Below, piece after piece: positions 13,571 through 25,843 of a stretch of 64,000 bases of DNA. Within the stretch, counting starts at the first letter, position 1. Each line of letters begins with the position of its first letter. Both the position numbers and the translations under genes were made by a program. The notes beneath the pieces are model-generated. The model was not told the origin of the DNA, ran no database searches, and was given only the letters and a program-made list of their open reading frames with translations. Source of the stretch: Octopus sinensis (Eukaryota). The stretch is from assembly GCF_006345805.1 (NCBI RefSeq), contig NC_042997.1:190712001-190776000 (forward strand), given 5' to 3'.

Positions 13571-14582
13571 AAGTTTATTACAGTAAAACAAAATTCGTTT
13601 CACGAATCTATCCGATGTTTTTAGCCTCTAAGTACAAATTCTATCGGATCCTCTGCGCCTTCTCTCCAAGGTAGATTGAGGATAAATAAAATATGTAAGC
13701 AGCAGGAGCACTATGAATATGACAAGTGTATTATATTTTTTTTTTACTTACTATTTCTAAACATTAAGTCCTACAATCAATGAATGCAGCCTGAAGGCGT
13801 ACGTTTTTGCAGTAAGAAGTTGATAATCCACCGTTTTTCTTTAAATCGGTTTACCAAAAAGAATCAAGCAATTGACTCTCTCACATCCATGAAATAAATA
13901 TTGATTGACGCCAAATTATAAGGAAATCATCCATTTTTTAAAATCTAAAGTTTGTTTGGAGTGGAGCTTCATCTGGTGAACGTCATATAGGTAAATGCAA
14001 TCATTTAACAAAACAGTACAACATATTTTGATTTGTTTGTTTGCTTTTTTCAACAAGATTTTATTGGAAATGTCAATCATTGAGTTCTTTTGGCTTTCCA
14101 GCTGAAATTTTTTTCTGAAGGTATATATCCTCAAAACACTAAACTGACAAGTATTTTATATTTTATTTTTACAATCAAAATTCATTTTTAACATGATTTG
14201 ATTAATACTTGCTTTGATAAAATTTAGTATAAATGTTGACTTTTAACATGATTTTTTTTTTATATAAATAGCTTTAATAAATGAAGTTTTAAAACATGTG
14301 TGTGTATATAGGACGTGTTCAAATTTAATAAGAATTTCATTTTTACAAGAATTTATGTAAATGGAAGTTATTATTTGTCACGGCATAAATCCGTTTAGAA
14401 TTTGTGGGATGCCAATTAAGTAACAATTATTTCATGATGTTTTAAATGTCTACAAGGGAAAATCAGAAGTTGTGATGTGCCTGCATTTCCCCACAGATTA
14501 ACGGTCCAGTAACTCCAAATATTAACCTCTTGTAATCTCTTTGATGATGTTATTTCAGCTGTTGTTTTAGAATTTACAGCAT

Positions 14583-14648
14583 ATATAAAGATGGACGAAA
14601 AGCCGCTTAGCATTTTGCCCGGCGTGCTAACAATTCTGCCAGTTCAGC
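14583..14648 (-). mobile_element. SINE B head fragment
   Basis: gacggacgaaa-like motif followed by ccgcttagcattttgcccggcgtgctaacaattctgccag. Confidence 0.7.
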
Positions 14649-14965
14649 GCTTTAGTGATCCTATAAATATTGTAAATATAAAACCTCAAATTAAAGGGCC
14701 CATTGATATATATATATATTCTATTATCAGGTAAAGTATAATTCTATATTCTTTATACTGATGTAATTCCGAAACGCGCGTCCATGGATGACCAGATATT
14801 GATTGATTTTCGTTACTTCTCTCTGCCTGTGCGGATTGTTCTCAAGTATTTTGGTTTCTCTGGGAGTCCCTTTTTAAAGTAGAAGAAATAACTAAGGTTT
14901 TTGGCTGCTATTTCTAAATTTCGGTATGTGGTAAAGCAAATCTTTGCTGAACCCTAATTATTAAG

Positions 14966-15017
<52 letters not shown>

Positions 15018-15025
15018 TATATATA

Positions 15026-15157
15026 TTAGAAGAAATGAGGTACTCAGAAATCTGGATGGTTTTATATTTACAGATATTTATTAGTATGTTACATGTTTTT
15101 ATATATCATATATTGATATAAAACCATCCAGATTTCTGAGTGCCTCATTTGTTCTAA
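15026..15157. mobile_element. Short MITE with ~42-bp TIRs in a (TA)n tract
   Basis: ttagaagaaatgaggtactcagaaatctggatggttttatat versus atataaaaccatccagatttctgagtgcctcatttgttctaa (2 mismatches). Confidence 0.85.
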
Positions 15158-15754
15158 TATATAATACCTGTACATCATCTCCAAACCTTCAGACAGACAG
15201 ACGTTTATGAATTTGTGTTGCAAGATACCTGATGTGAAACCGTGTGCTGAAACAGATATTTTTATATTTCGGGATGGTATTTTCTTTTTTTTCTTTTTGC
15301 AAATTAAACATATGAACTATAAATTCGTTCTTGACTCGTTTATTTCTGTTCTTATTTCATCTTATAGACTACAGAATGGATTGAACGGAAGAGGAGGACA
15401 CACGTGGGAGGAAAGTATCGCTGAAGAAGTCACAGATGAGTGACCTAAGATTTCCGGACAATAGACATAAGATAAAATTAGAACAGTAATAAACAAGTGA
15501 AGAACGAATATATAGCCCGTGGGTTTATTTGATAAAAAAAATGACCGTTCCGAAATATAACAATGTGTGTGTGTAACTCATGCCGTATATATATAGACAG
15601 GGCAAATTTAAATATTTAAATATTTAGATTAAAATAAGAATTGACGAAAATGCTTAACCGATTGAAGGAAGGAAAAAATTATGGACGACACCGCTAATTA
15701 ATACGTTTGACACATCGTTAATTAGCATAATAGCATAGCCTGGATAAAACATGG

Positions 15755-16631
15755 ATTACGTGGAATAATGCGAGCAAGAGAAATAATATTCTTAAGATTA
15801 TAAACCTGGAAAATTACAGGACAAATAATTACACTTGGAAAATTTCAGGACAACTCATTACATCTGGTAAAGTACAGAACAAGAAAACTTTCACTTAATA
15901 TATTGCAGCCTACGATAAAATTTGTATATCAAAAACTACTTGATTTTAAGTTACAAAGTAACATTATAATTAAAAAAGGTACCGTCATTTTGTTAAAATA
16001 TTGACACACAGGAATACTTAAAAATGAGAGCCAGAAGTACCAATATAGTTAAAGTTTTATGCAAAGTACAATAGTATATATGGTTGGCAAATTCATTATG
16101 TAAAAAATAGGCAATTGGTCAAGACTAAAAATGTGAAAATTTGGCAATAACTCAAGCAAGTGTTACTATGGATTTGTTGCTATAGGTAGATTTTATTGTA
16201 ATATATAACTAATTTTTGTATTATTCTATTTATTGTACTAGCTAATTATGTACTACTATTATTTTTATAACCTATTTTCAAATTCCTAATTATTAATAAT
16301 TAAAATATATTTAAAACATTTTTTTAAGGTGCAAAAATATTTTGAGTTATTTTTTCATTTTTAATAGAAGAAACAAATAATAAGAAATAGAAGTAATAAC
16401 TTGTAATAAAATTTTTAGTTTTAATAAAAGCTAATATTTTCTAAATCTAAATATTTATTTGAAATTTTATCCTTACCTACAATATTTTAAGCAAAAAATA
16501 TTCTTGTTCTGTACTTTACCGGATGTAATGAGTTGTCCTGAACTTTTCCGAGTGAAATAACTTGTCCTGTAATTTTATAGGTTTATAATCTTAAGAATAT
16601 TATTACTCTTGCTCGCATTTTTCCATGTAAT
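15755..16631. mobile_element. Non-autonomous DNA transposon / foldback element with ~130-bp TIRs
   Basis: 15755-15887 is a near-identical reverse complement of ~16501-16631 (atgcgagcaagag..taatattcttaagattataaacct..caggacaactcattacatc..gtaaagtacagaacaagaa). Interior is AT-rich and non-coding. Confidence 0.8.
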
Positions 16632-16640
16632 ATACAAATA

Positions 16641-16800
16641 TATACACGACAGGTTTCTTGCTGTTTCTCTCTACCAAATCCACTTTCAGGGCTTTGGTCG
16701 GCCCGAGGCTCCAGTAGAAGATACTTGCCCAAGGTGCCACGCAGTAGGACTGAACCTGAAACCATGTGGTTGAGAAGCAAGTTTCTTACCACACAGCCAC
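16641..16800 (-). mobile_element. SINE A, 5' half
   Basis: ctaccaaatccact..gctttggtcggcccgaggct..cttgcccaaggtgccacgcagt..accacacagccac. Confidence 0.85.
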
Positions 16801-17267
16801 ATCATTTTTCTTTTTTGATATTTTTAGATAATTAATGATGTCTCTATTTCTTCATATGCGTAAGTTTTCCCCCAAACAATATCTTCATATTTTGTGCCTA
16901 GATAACTTATTATGCCTACCTAACACTTTAGTCTAAATGGCATTCTTCTCCCTCCTCCTTCCATAAAGTTATAACCTTACATTTAAATTTTAATTTGACT
17001 TAGAATACCTTTTTTCTATAAAATTTGTCTCACTTCTTCCGTTCAGATGAAGAGTGATGTACAAATATATGTCTACATTTTAAAATTTCCTTCTTTTTTT
17101 TTCCCCTTATATATTTCCATCTAATTTACACACAGTGTTATATTTTGAAAATGAATGTACCTCAATTATTTCTCCGTTTTTTAAAATAAAACTTTAGTTT
17201 TAAGTTAATTTTATTTCTATTTCTATTATGTTAACAATTCAGATACTGAAGGCCGAATCGTTACCGC

Positions 17268-17455
17268 ACCGGTAAAAATGTTTAGCGTCATTTCTTCCGA
17301 CTTTATGTTCTGAATTCAACTGCCGTTGCGGTCGACTTTGCCTATCATCCTTTCAGGATCGATAATACACGTATCAGTTGAGCAATGGTGTCGCTGTAAT
17401 TGATTTAACCCCTTTCCTGAAATTGCTGGACTTGAACCAAATTTTAACATCAATA
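17268..17455 (+). mobile_element. SINE B1, diverged
   Basis: gaatcgttaccgcaccgg..gtcgactttgcctatcatcctttcaggatcgata..aaattgctggacttgaaccaaa. Confidence 0.75.
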
Positions 17456-19655
17456 ATTTAAATACATCTGCTTATTGACTCACTCTAAGATCTAACTTGG
17501 TTCTCATTTTTACTCTACAGTGTATAAATGTATCGTCCACTTCTATCCACAACCTACACTTTTACAACAATTTTTTAAAAGAATTACACTCGTTAACGTA
17601 CTTATATACTTTAATACTACCAGATTTCAAAACATATTTTCAATGTTGCTAACATTATTTTTATCAATTTTAATCTTTTTCAGTAGTAATATATTTTAAT
17701 ATATTTGTCAAATATTTCTTCCTCGTGTATTCCAAACTATTTCCTTCAAATACTTACACAACGTCATACATTGAGTTTGTCTTTCTGAAACTTTTCTTTT
17801 TTTCTTTTCATTTTTCTCTCTATCTACTTCAACATTTCTTTCGTCTCTTATCGTCTTCCTGCCATATAATTCTTTTCTTCTCTCTCCCTCCCTCCTTCTA
17901 CGTTTCCATATCTCTCTATACATCTTTCAAATAAAGTCCGTTTGGACTGAAAATCTTTACTGATGGGCAGACAATTCCTTATCAACAGAAATTCTTCCTT
18001 CCTTCATCATTGCCTTCTCTCTTCTTAGTCTCTCTTTCTTTGAAATACATTTAGTCAGCGGTATATCGTTGCTAAAATAACTCTCCAAAATGCATTTCAC
18101 CTTCATTTATTCAATTAGCATATTCTGAACACGTGATATAGCCATGTGCTAAAACATAATATTTTCATGTCCGTATCGACTGTGTAAAACGCATTAAAGT
18201 AAGAGGCACTATTATTTTAGTGCTGATGAATATCTTAAACTGCAATTTTGGTGTAGATAAATATCTTAAACTTTAGCGTTAGGTGAACGATATGTTTTAT
18301 AGTTCATACGATAACTTTTTTTTATGCAAACCCCCTACTGCAGATAAAAATCCGTGTTAATTTCTCAGATATTGGAAAGTAATATATTTCTGTTTTTAAA
18401 GTGGGTTACAATAAATATATAATATAGAATTTAAGGGGGCGGATACATGAACAAAGGAAGTATATTACAGCGGTGTGTGAAGACGAAGGTTGGTATTGAA
18501 AAATAGTTGAAAAATGAGAGAATGACAAAAGATGGAAGAGAAAAGAGAGGATTGATAAAAGATGAAAAACAAATTAATGTAAAGCAAGTTAAATTTCTGT
18601 TCGTTTTCATGACTTTAACCTAGTACAGCTGGTGTTTACTGCTTCTGTGAAAAGTGCTTCGTGTGTCCCAGTTCTGTAACAAGTGAGTCAGAAGTGTCGG
18701 CAGTACCTGATCTGTTCTCATCTGTTGTTTGGATAGAGGCATTGATTGCGGAGGCCTTTGAAGATTTTTCCTTGTCCTTGCTATGTTCAAACCATGCTCT
18801 TTGCTTCTGTTTTACTTGGGTTTAGATGTAACAACGATTTTCCATTTAAGCACTAGACTGAAGCGTTTCCCTTTACTTGTCACACGTAGTTGGCTAATTT
18901 AACTGTTTTGTGTGATTGTGTGTCTGTCTGTCTGTATGTGTGTGTTTCTAAAAGAAAATGTAGCATTATAATTTTTTTACATTTCGCCATGTCTATGTTA
19001 ATATTCACGTACCAGTTGTCTGTTAAACGTTTTAGATGTTATACTGCGTATGTTATCGCTTCTGCGTTATAGCATTCATTTATTACTGCCGCTGCATCAG
19101 CATGTAACTTTATTTTCAATGGATGTGTTAACGTATGCGTATGACATGCGTTTCCATATTGTTCATTCAACTATATTATATTTTCAATTTTTATCTGTTA
19201 AAAAGGTATTTTATGTCTACGATTGGCGGGTTAGTTCTTGACAATTTACTTTAGAAAAAGTCTAGCTGTTTTATATCTGAAATTGGCAAAAATGTGGTTA
19301 GAGAATGTAGAATACTACTACGTGTCTTCTTAATTCGCGGGTAGATAGCAATGTCAGTTGGTAATTTCATTTCTTAATCCAGAAACCTGTAAAGCGTTAT
19401 TGTATAGGCAGCTGCATTATCGAATGTTTGAACACACCTTGCCTGAAAATATCAATTGTAATGTTGTTGATGAAGGCCTAAAAGACTAAGGGTGCGTAGT
19501 ATAAAGCTACGTTGATATAAGGGAATTTCTCCACGGGTTTTGAATGTTTTTTGTGAGTTATTTAATCTTGTGCAACACCATGCAACTCAGCTCTAATTAA
19601 TGTAATAACCGTAGATACATCAAAACTTTTAAATACTAATATTAAAGCTTTTAAA

Positions 19656-20556
19656 TACTCTTACTCTTTTACTTGTTTCAGTCATTTGACTGTGGCCATG
19701 CTGGAGCACCGCCTCTAGTCGAGAATATCGACCCCTGGACTTCTTTGTAAGCCTAGTACTTATTCTATCGGTCTCTTTTGCTGAACCGCTAAGTTATGGG
19801 GACGTAAACACACCAGCATCGATTGTCAAGCGACGTTGTGGGGACAAACATAGACACACATATATATATATAAAGTTATATCTTGAGTGACAACAACGCT
19901 CAAGATATACAACGGACCGGAAATAGAAGTGCTCCAATGAGCTGTATACACTTTTTTATCCAAGGGGAGACAATGGATCGAATTGTATGCGTTTAAAGTT
20001 CCATTCAGGATCGACGAAAAAATTTCTGGGAATACCTAAATGTCGTGTTCTGAGAATGGCCGGTATGTGATTGTGTATTTGTTCATTGTTTTATATGTGT
20101 TGTATAGGACATCTGATGAGGGGAGTGCCAATATTTATTTCTCTTATTCTAACAGTTTTAAGCGTGTTATATGCAAAATTTATATTTATATTTACATTTT
20201 TATTTGTATATGATACCTATATATTACTGAATTAAATTTTTTTTTTAAATGTCGGACTGTTTAGATATAAATTAGTATATAAGATTTGTATGTGTTTGGT
20301 CTATCTTTGAATTTTGTGATGTTCCTGTGGTTGTTGCTCACATTGCCTCCCCTTGGATAAAAAAGTGTATATATGTATATATATATATATATGTGACGGG
20401 CTTCTTTCAGTTTCCGTCTACCAAATCCACTCACAAGGCTTTGGTCGGCCCGAGGCTATTGTAGAAGACACTTGCCCAAGGTGCCATGCAGTGGGACTGA
20501 ACCCGGAACCATGTGGTTGGTAAGCAAGCTACTTACCACACAGCCACTCCTGCGCC
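19656..20556 (-). mobile_element. SINE A split at its internal (TA)n by a MITE
   Basis: 3' half at 19656-19870 and 5' half at 20375-20556 are colinear. Confidence 0.85.
19945..20371. mobile_element. Tc1/mariner-like MITE (TA-flanked, ~31-bp TIR)
   Basis: tatacacttttttatccaaggggagacaatg / cattgcctccccttggataaaaaagtgtata (1 mismatch). Superfamily inferred from TA flanks. Confidence 0.8.
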
Positions 20557-21466
20557 TATTGTAAATGTGTAGAGAAAGTTCGTTGATTTGTCGAAAATGT
20601 TAGGATTAGTATTTTTTGTCAGAGATCATCTTTGTAAAGTCAAAATATATCATTCTATTGTTATGAATCCTTTTGTATATACACCCCTAATATGTACGAC
20701 TCTTTTAAACTGCATACACTCGCGCTCTCGATCCCACATTTACTTATGTAAGTTGTTTGGTGAAATTCTTTAGCCACGCTGAATATATATTGGAAAATAT
20801 GTCTTTTTTCTTTTTCAGCGCTGTCATATCATTTCTATATTTCTATCATGTAGAGTAGTTCTTGTGAAATTCTATGGCATTACATTTAGGCTTTTAGGTA
20901 TAGGGATAAAATAAAACAATGTTGAATTGAGTAAATCTATGTCTAATTATGACTGATACCATTCAACCAATTAATGAGATCATTACTATTATTCCAATTA
21001 CTGTGGATTTGTGAGTTTCAAAATTTCAGTGCCAATATGATTCAAAATCGTCTTAGTAACCTATTACTCTCACGGATCCTGCTGGGCTAATTTATCTGCA
21101 TTTAGCGTTAGATTAATACTTAATCGTTATAAACACATGAGGATTAGTCAAGAATACCAGTATGTTGTCTTGTTTTAGGTTTTATTGTTGTTTTATTTTA
21201 TTATATAATCATTTTTGTGCGTATATATAAATATTTTTAGAATGCATCTTCCCTGATGACGGACCAATGAGTGAGGGAATTTCGATAAATATTTTACTGT
21301 TTCTTTAACAGAACACAGCAGTTTTCACATTGTTTGGTATCTCCATACCTAATACTTTCAATCAGGTGACACAGGAAAATTATCTAGATTATGCATACTT
21401 CAGTTTTTGAGAGTTAACTTGTGTTCTGTATCAACATATTATTTGTATGTGATGTATGTGTACATA

Positions 21467-21496
<30 letters not shown>

Positions 21497-21498
<2 letters not shown>

Positions 21499-21910
21499 CT
21501 CTTTACTCTCTTTACTCTTTTACTTGTTTCAGTCATTTGACTGCGGCCATGCTGGAGCACCGCCTTTAGTCGAGCAAATCGACCCCGGGACTTATTCTTT
21601 GTAAGCCCAGTACTTATTCTATCGGTCTCTTTTGCCGAACCGCTAAGTGACGGGGACGTAAACACACCAGCATTGGTTGTCAAGCAATGCTAGGGGGACA
21701 AACACAAACATATACACACACACCCATACATATATATACATATATACGACAGGCTTCTTTCAGTTTCCGTCTACCAAATCCACTCACAAGGCATTGGTTG
21801 GCCCGGGGCTATAGCAGAAGACACTTGCCCAAGATGCCACGCAGTGGGACTGAACCCGGAACCATGTGGCTGGTTAGCAAGCTACTTACCACACAGCCAC
21901 TCCTGCGCCT
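21497..21910 (-). mobile_element. SINE A, full length
   Basis: Complete head-to-tail match with the other A copies. Confidence 0.9.
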
Positions 21911-21922
21911 ATAGTGTGAGTA

Positions 21923-22302
21923 GGAAGCACTCCGTCGGTTACGACGACGAGGGTTCCGGTTGATCCGAATCAACGGAACAGCCTGCTCGTGAAATTAACG
22001 TGTAAGTGGCTGAGCACTCCACAGTCACGTGTACCCTTAACGTAGTTCTCGGGGATATTCAGCGTGACACACAGTGACAAGGCTGGCCCTTTGAAATACA
22101 GGTACAACAGAAACAGGAAGTAAGAGTGAGAGAAAGTTGTGGTGAAAGAGTACAGCAGGGATCACCACCATCCCCTGCCGGAGCCTCGTGGAGCTTTAGG
22201 TGTTTTCGCTCAATAAACACTCACAACGCCCGGTCTGGGAATTGAAACCGCGATCCTATGACCGCGAGTCCGCTGCCCTAACCACTGGGCCATTGCGCCT
22301 CC
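21923..22302 (-). mobile_element. SINE family D
   Basis: Minus-strand head ggaggcgcaatggcccagtggttagggcagcggactcgcgg..ggtttcaattccc. Tail accctcgtcgtcgtaaccgacggagtgcttcc. Confidence 0.85.
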
Positions 22303-22329
22303 ACTATATATATATATATATATACCTAC

Positions 22330-22639
22330 GCATTTTTTTCGCTATTTTCAAGCCTAGTCAGACTCATCCACCCGGTTTCGCGGTTTCTGTGGCGTATGTG
22401 TTCCCCCCAGCTGGACGGGACGCCAGTCCATCGCAGCGTTACCCAAGAAACAGGAAGAAAGAGTGAGAGAAAGTTGGGGTGAAAGAGTACAACAGGGAGC
22501 TCCACCACCCCCTGCCGGAGCCTGCTGGAGCCTTTACGTGTTTTCGCTCAATAAACACACACAACGCCCGGTCTGGGAATCGAAACCGCGATCCTTCGAA
22601 TGCGAGTCCGCTGCCCTAACCACTGGGCCATTGCGCCTT
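22330..22639 (-). mobile_element. Hybrid SINE: D-type 5' part + C-type 3' part
   Basis: D head and body up to ttcctgtttct, then gtaacgctgcgatggactggcgtcccgtccagctggg (C). Flanked by atacctac direct repeats. Confidence 0.8.
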
Positions 22640-22974
22640 ACATACCTACACACACACACATATAAATATATACGAATACACACACATGCACGCACGCACA
22701 CACAAACACATACACATAACTACAATTTTGCTACGTGTAAATACATTAAACAGTATATTATGCTTCTAGCGGGTGCAATGACTGATAGTCGTATCAGATT
22801 CCCCTCTATGTGGATGGTCATATTTCACGCTATATGAAAGCAAATTTCATAACCATGAAACCTAAACGCTGTCTATATATCTATGTAATCTAGGAAGTAA
22901 TAAGCACTGTATGAAAAGACATTTACAGGTAGTAACGGATATAGTTAGTCGCTCTCGTTTCCAGCTTTTCTTCT

Positions 22975-23590
22975 TATTTCGTTACTACCCACAAGGGGCT
23001 AAACTTAGAGGGGTCAAAGAAGGACAGACAAACGGATTAAGTCGATTATATCGGCCCCGGTGTGTAATAGGTACTTATTTAATCGACCCCGAAAGGATGA
23101 AAGGTAAAGTCGACCCCGGCGGAATTTGAACTCAGAACGTAGCGGCAGACGAAAGACGAAGTACATATTTTCTTTACAAACCACAAGGGGCTAAACACAG
23201 AAGGGACAAACAAAGACAGATAAACGGATTAAGTCGATTATATCAACCCCAGTTCGTAACTGGTACTTATTTAATCGACTTCGAAAGGATGAAAGGCAAA
23301 GTCGACCCCGGCGGAATTTGAACTCAGAACGTAGCAGCAGACGAAATACGAAGTACATATTTTCTTTACAAACCACAAGGGGCTAAACACAGAAGGGACA
23401 AACAAAGACAGATAAACGGATTAAGTCGATTATATCAACCCCAGTTCGTAACTGGTACTTATTTAATCGACTTCGAAAGGATGAAAGGCAAAGTCGACCC
23501 CGGCGGAATTTGAACTCAGAACGTAGCAGCAGACGAAATACTGCTGAGCATTTCGCCCGGCGTACTAACGTTTCTGCCATCTCGCCACCT
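22975..23590 (-). mobile_element. SINE B2, one head + three bodies (~192-bp period)
   Basis: Two of the bodies share private variants (cgacttcgaaagg, tcaacccc, agcagcagacg). The third differs. Confidence 0.9.
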
Positions 23591-23802
23591 TTCCAGCTTT
23601 TCATCTATGTTCCTGATAGAAGCAACCACAGACCAGTTTAAAACACGAAAATGTCCACCACAAACAAAAGGCCTTGATTCTTTGGAATTCCAGTTTTAGA
23701 TATGATAACTAACACACGCTTCTGTATTTGCGTTAACAACTCTGAAAACAGTATGGTTGACATTAATTATTTTCTTACTATGATAGGCACATGGCTATCT
23801 GT

Positions 23803-24121
23803 GAAAGCGCATGGCTCAGTGGTTAGAGCGTCGAGCTTACGATCGTGAGGTTGTGAGTTCGAGTCCCGGTCCAAGCTGTGTGTTGTGTTCTTGAGCAAGA
23901 CACTTTATTTCACGTTGCTCCAGTTCACTCAGTATTAGTGCGATGTCACTGGTGCCAAGCTGTATCGACTTGTGCCTTGGATAACACTGGCGGCACGGAG
24001 AGGGGAGGCCGGTATGCATGGGCGACTGCTCGTCTTCCATAAACAACCTTGCCCGGACTTGTGCCTTGGAATGTAGCTTTCTAGGTGCAAGCCCACGTTC
24101 AGTCATGACCGAAGGGGGTCT
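23803..24121 (+). mobile_element. SINE family E (tRNA head + CORE-like block + distinct 3' body)
   Basis: tggctcagtggttagagcg..gagttcgagtccc; cttgagcaagacactttatttcacgttgctccag. 12-bp direct repeat atgataggcaca at 23780-23791 and 24126-24137. Confidence 0.8.
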
Positions 24122-24127
24122 AAGCAT

Positions 24128-24332
24128 GATAGGCACAAGACCTGAAATTCTAGAGGAGTGGGATAATCGATTACATAGACTCCAGTGCTCGACTGGTAAA
24201 TATTTTATCTACTCCGAAAGATTGACAGGCAAAGTCGACATCAAGGAAAATTTGAGCTTCGAACTTAATGAGTCGGAAGGATGCCGCTAAGCATTTTTTC
24301 CAAAGTGCTTACAATCCTACCAGTTCATTGCC
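24128..24332 (-). mobile_element. SINE B1, diverged
   Basis: aggcacaagacctgaaattc..atcgattacat..ggcaaagtcgac..gccgctaagcatttt. Confidence 0.7.
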
Positions 24333-24939
24333 TTTTTGTTCGACATCAGGAAATAATATCAGGAAATGTGCAAAAAACTACTTGTGTATTCTCTGACAGA
24401 ACTAGTAACATTTTGGAGTAGGAAACAGCATAATAAAAGGCCCAGATGTTAACCAATATTTCGAAAAAGACTTGTGCAAACATAATGATATGAACAATGA
24501 GGCAAAATTAAAAAATAAAAATTGTAGATTAGATTTTCGTGTTTAGCTAAAGGCGAATCGTATGTTACGATTTAAGATGACAAAGATAATTATATCTCGA
24601 ATACAAAATGTAGATTAATTAATCCGACAAAAACAGAAATATGATTAATTAGCAAGAATAACTCAAGAAAACTTAATAATATTAAAGATACAACCAGATG
24701 CCAGCTGTAGCATATCTGTAATATAGCATTTATTTGATTCAACAAAATTAAAATATATGAAGCTCTGTTTGCTCGACTTGCCGGCGAATTTTACCCATCG
24801 TTTTCTAAATTTCAAGAGAGGTCTCAGAATATTATTCAATGTCAGCACGGGGTTGATTTATTGCGCATATCTGTACTGTGCAATCTCGTTATTCAATAAA
24901 TATTGGATTCACTAAGTAACAAATCTCTAAACCTAAATA

Positions 24940-25368
24940 TCATATTGGTTTCAAATTTTGGCTGAGGGTCAGCAAGTTCAGGGGGAGGTGGGTAAGTCGA
25001 TTACATTGACCCAAGTACTCAGCTGGTAGTTATTTTATAGACCTCCGAAATGATGAAACACAAAGTCGGACTCGGCGGAATTCGAACACAGAACGTAAAG
25101 ACGGACGAAATGCCTACTTCTCTACTACCCACAAGGGGCTAGACACAGAGGGGACAAACAAGGACAGACAAACGGATTAAGTCGATTATATCGACCCCAG
25201 TGCGTAACTGGTACTTATTTAATCGAATCCGAAAGGATGAAAAGCAAAGTCGACCTCGGCGGAATTTGAACTCAGAACGTAGCGGCAGACGAAATACCGC
25301 TAAGCATTTCGCCAGCTCGCCGCCTTCAGACGGACGAAATATCGCTATGCATCTTTCTCTCGGGCGTA
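24940..25368 (-). mobile_element. Old SINE B1 interrupted by a younger B2 copy (25112-25327)
   Basis: 13-bp direct repeat agacggacgaaat at 25099-25111 and 25328-25340 brackets the B2 copy. Old head remnant lies beyond 25340 and the old B1 body below 25099. Confidence 0.85.
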
Positions 25369-25509
25369 TTCCAATATGACAAAGGGCGTTCACTAAACAT
25401 TTTTAGGAAAGATCCTATTTGTACCTTTAACACTAAAACAACATAATATCGTAAATCTCTAAGACGTTCCCCTACAATAAACCAAAAATAATTATCATAT
25501 GTTAATATC

Positions 25510-25815
25510 GACTCCATTCAGCGTTCACATAGCTACCTTCAAAATCATGAGCATGGACACTTTAATGCAGCTATTCGATATTCTGAGGTCTTCAAATGTA
25601 CAACTGCTTACCTAAAGATATAAGAACATACAAAGCACCTCTGCAGAAATGTTCAACGAACTATTGAATGGACTATTAACCAAAATAATGGGCAAAACAT
25701 CTATGCTCCAGGAAGACCAGCTGCCACTAATTCTCTTGTGAACCATCTTCCAGCCTTAAAGCTTCAACAAAACTAGAAAAGAATGGTAATCAATAAATAA
25801 TAGATGTGGTGCTCT
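25510..25815 (+). mobile_element. CR1-type LINE 3' fragment, decayed
   Basis: ..QMYNCLPKDIR.., then after a frameshift ..SAEMFNELLNGLLTKIMGKTSMLQ.., similar to the C-terminus of the 3940-6120 element. Ends gtggtgctc. Confidence 0.55.
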
Positions 25816-25843
25816 AATTTCTCTCTCTATATATATATATACT

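Noticed and set aside
15421-15444. ctgaagaa-gtcac-agatga-gtgac, a hammerhead-like first half
   Set aside because: No GAAA follows. It also overlaps a possible plus-strand terminal exon (15369-15443), which is itself unsupported beyond an acceptor and a downstream AATAAA.
18630-19445. Exon-like minus-strand segments (KQRAWFEHSKDKEK..; ARCVQTFDNAAAYTITLYR)
   Set aside because: Two alternative open frames and no recognisable family. Cannot be distinguished from chance.
21253-21272. ctgatga-cggac-caatga-gt, a truncated hammerhead-like motif
   Set aside because: The 3' strand of stem II and the GAAA are missing.
20620-21365. Plus-strand AG/GT-bounded segments, including a 54-nt symmetric candidate at 21312-21365
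   Set aside because: Joining them requires weak donors, and no homology was recognised.
22975-23590. Regularly spaced ~192-bp direct repeats suggestive of a CRISPR-like array
   Set aside because: These are tandem SINE B2 bodies with no unique spacers.
23803-23880. tRNA-like sequence with A and B boxes
   Set aside because: It is the head of SINE E and continues into a CORE-like body. There is no proper acceptor stem, so it is not a tRNA gene. The same holds for the other SINE heads.
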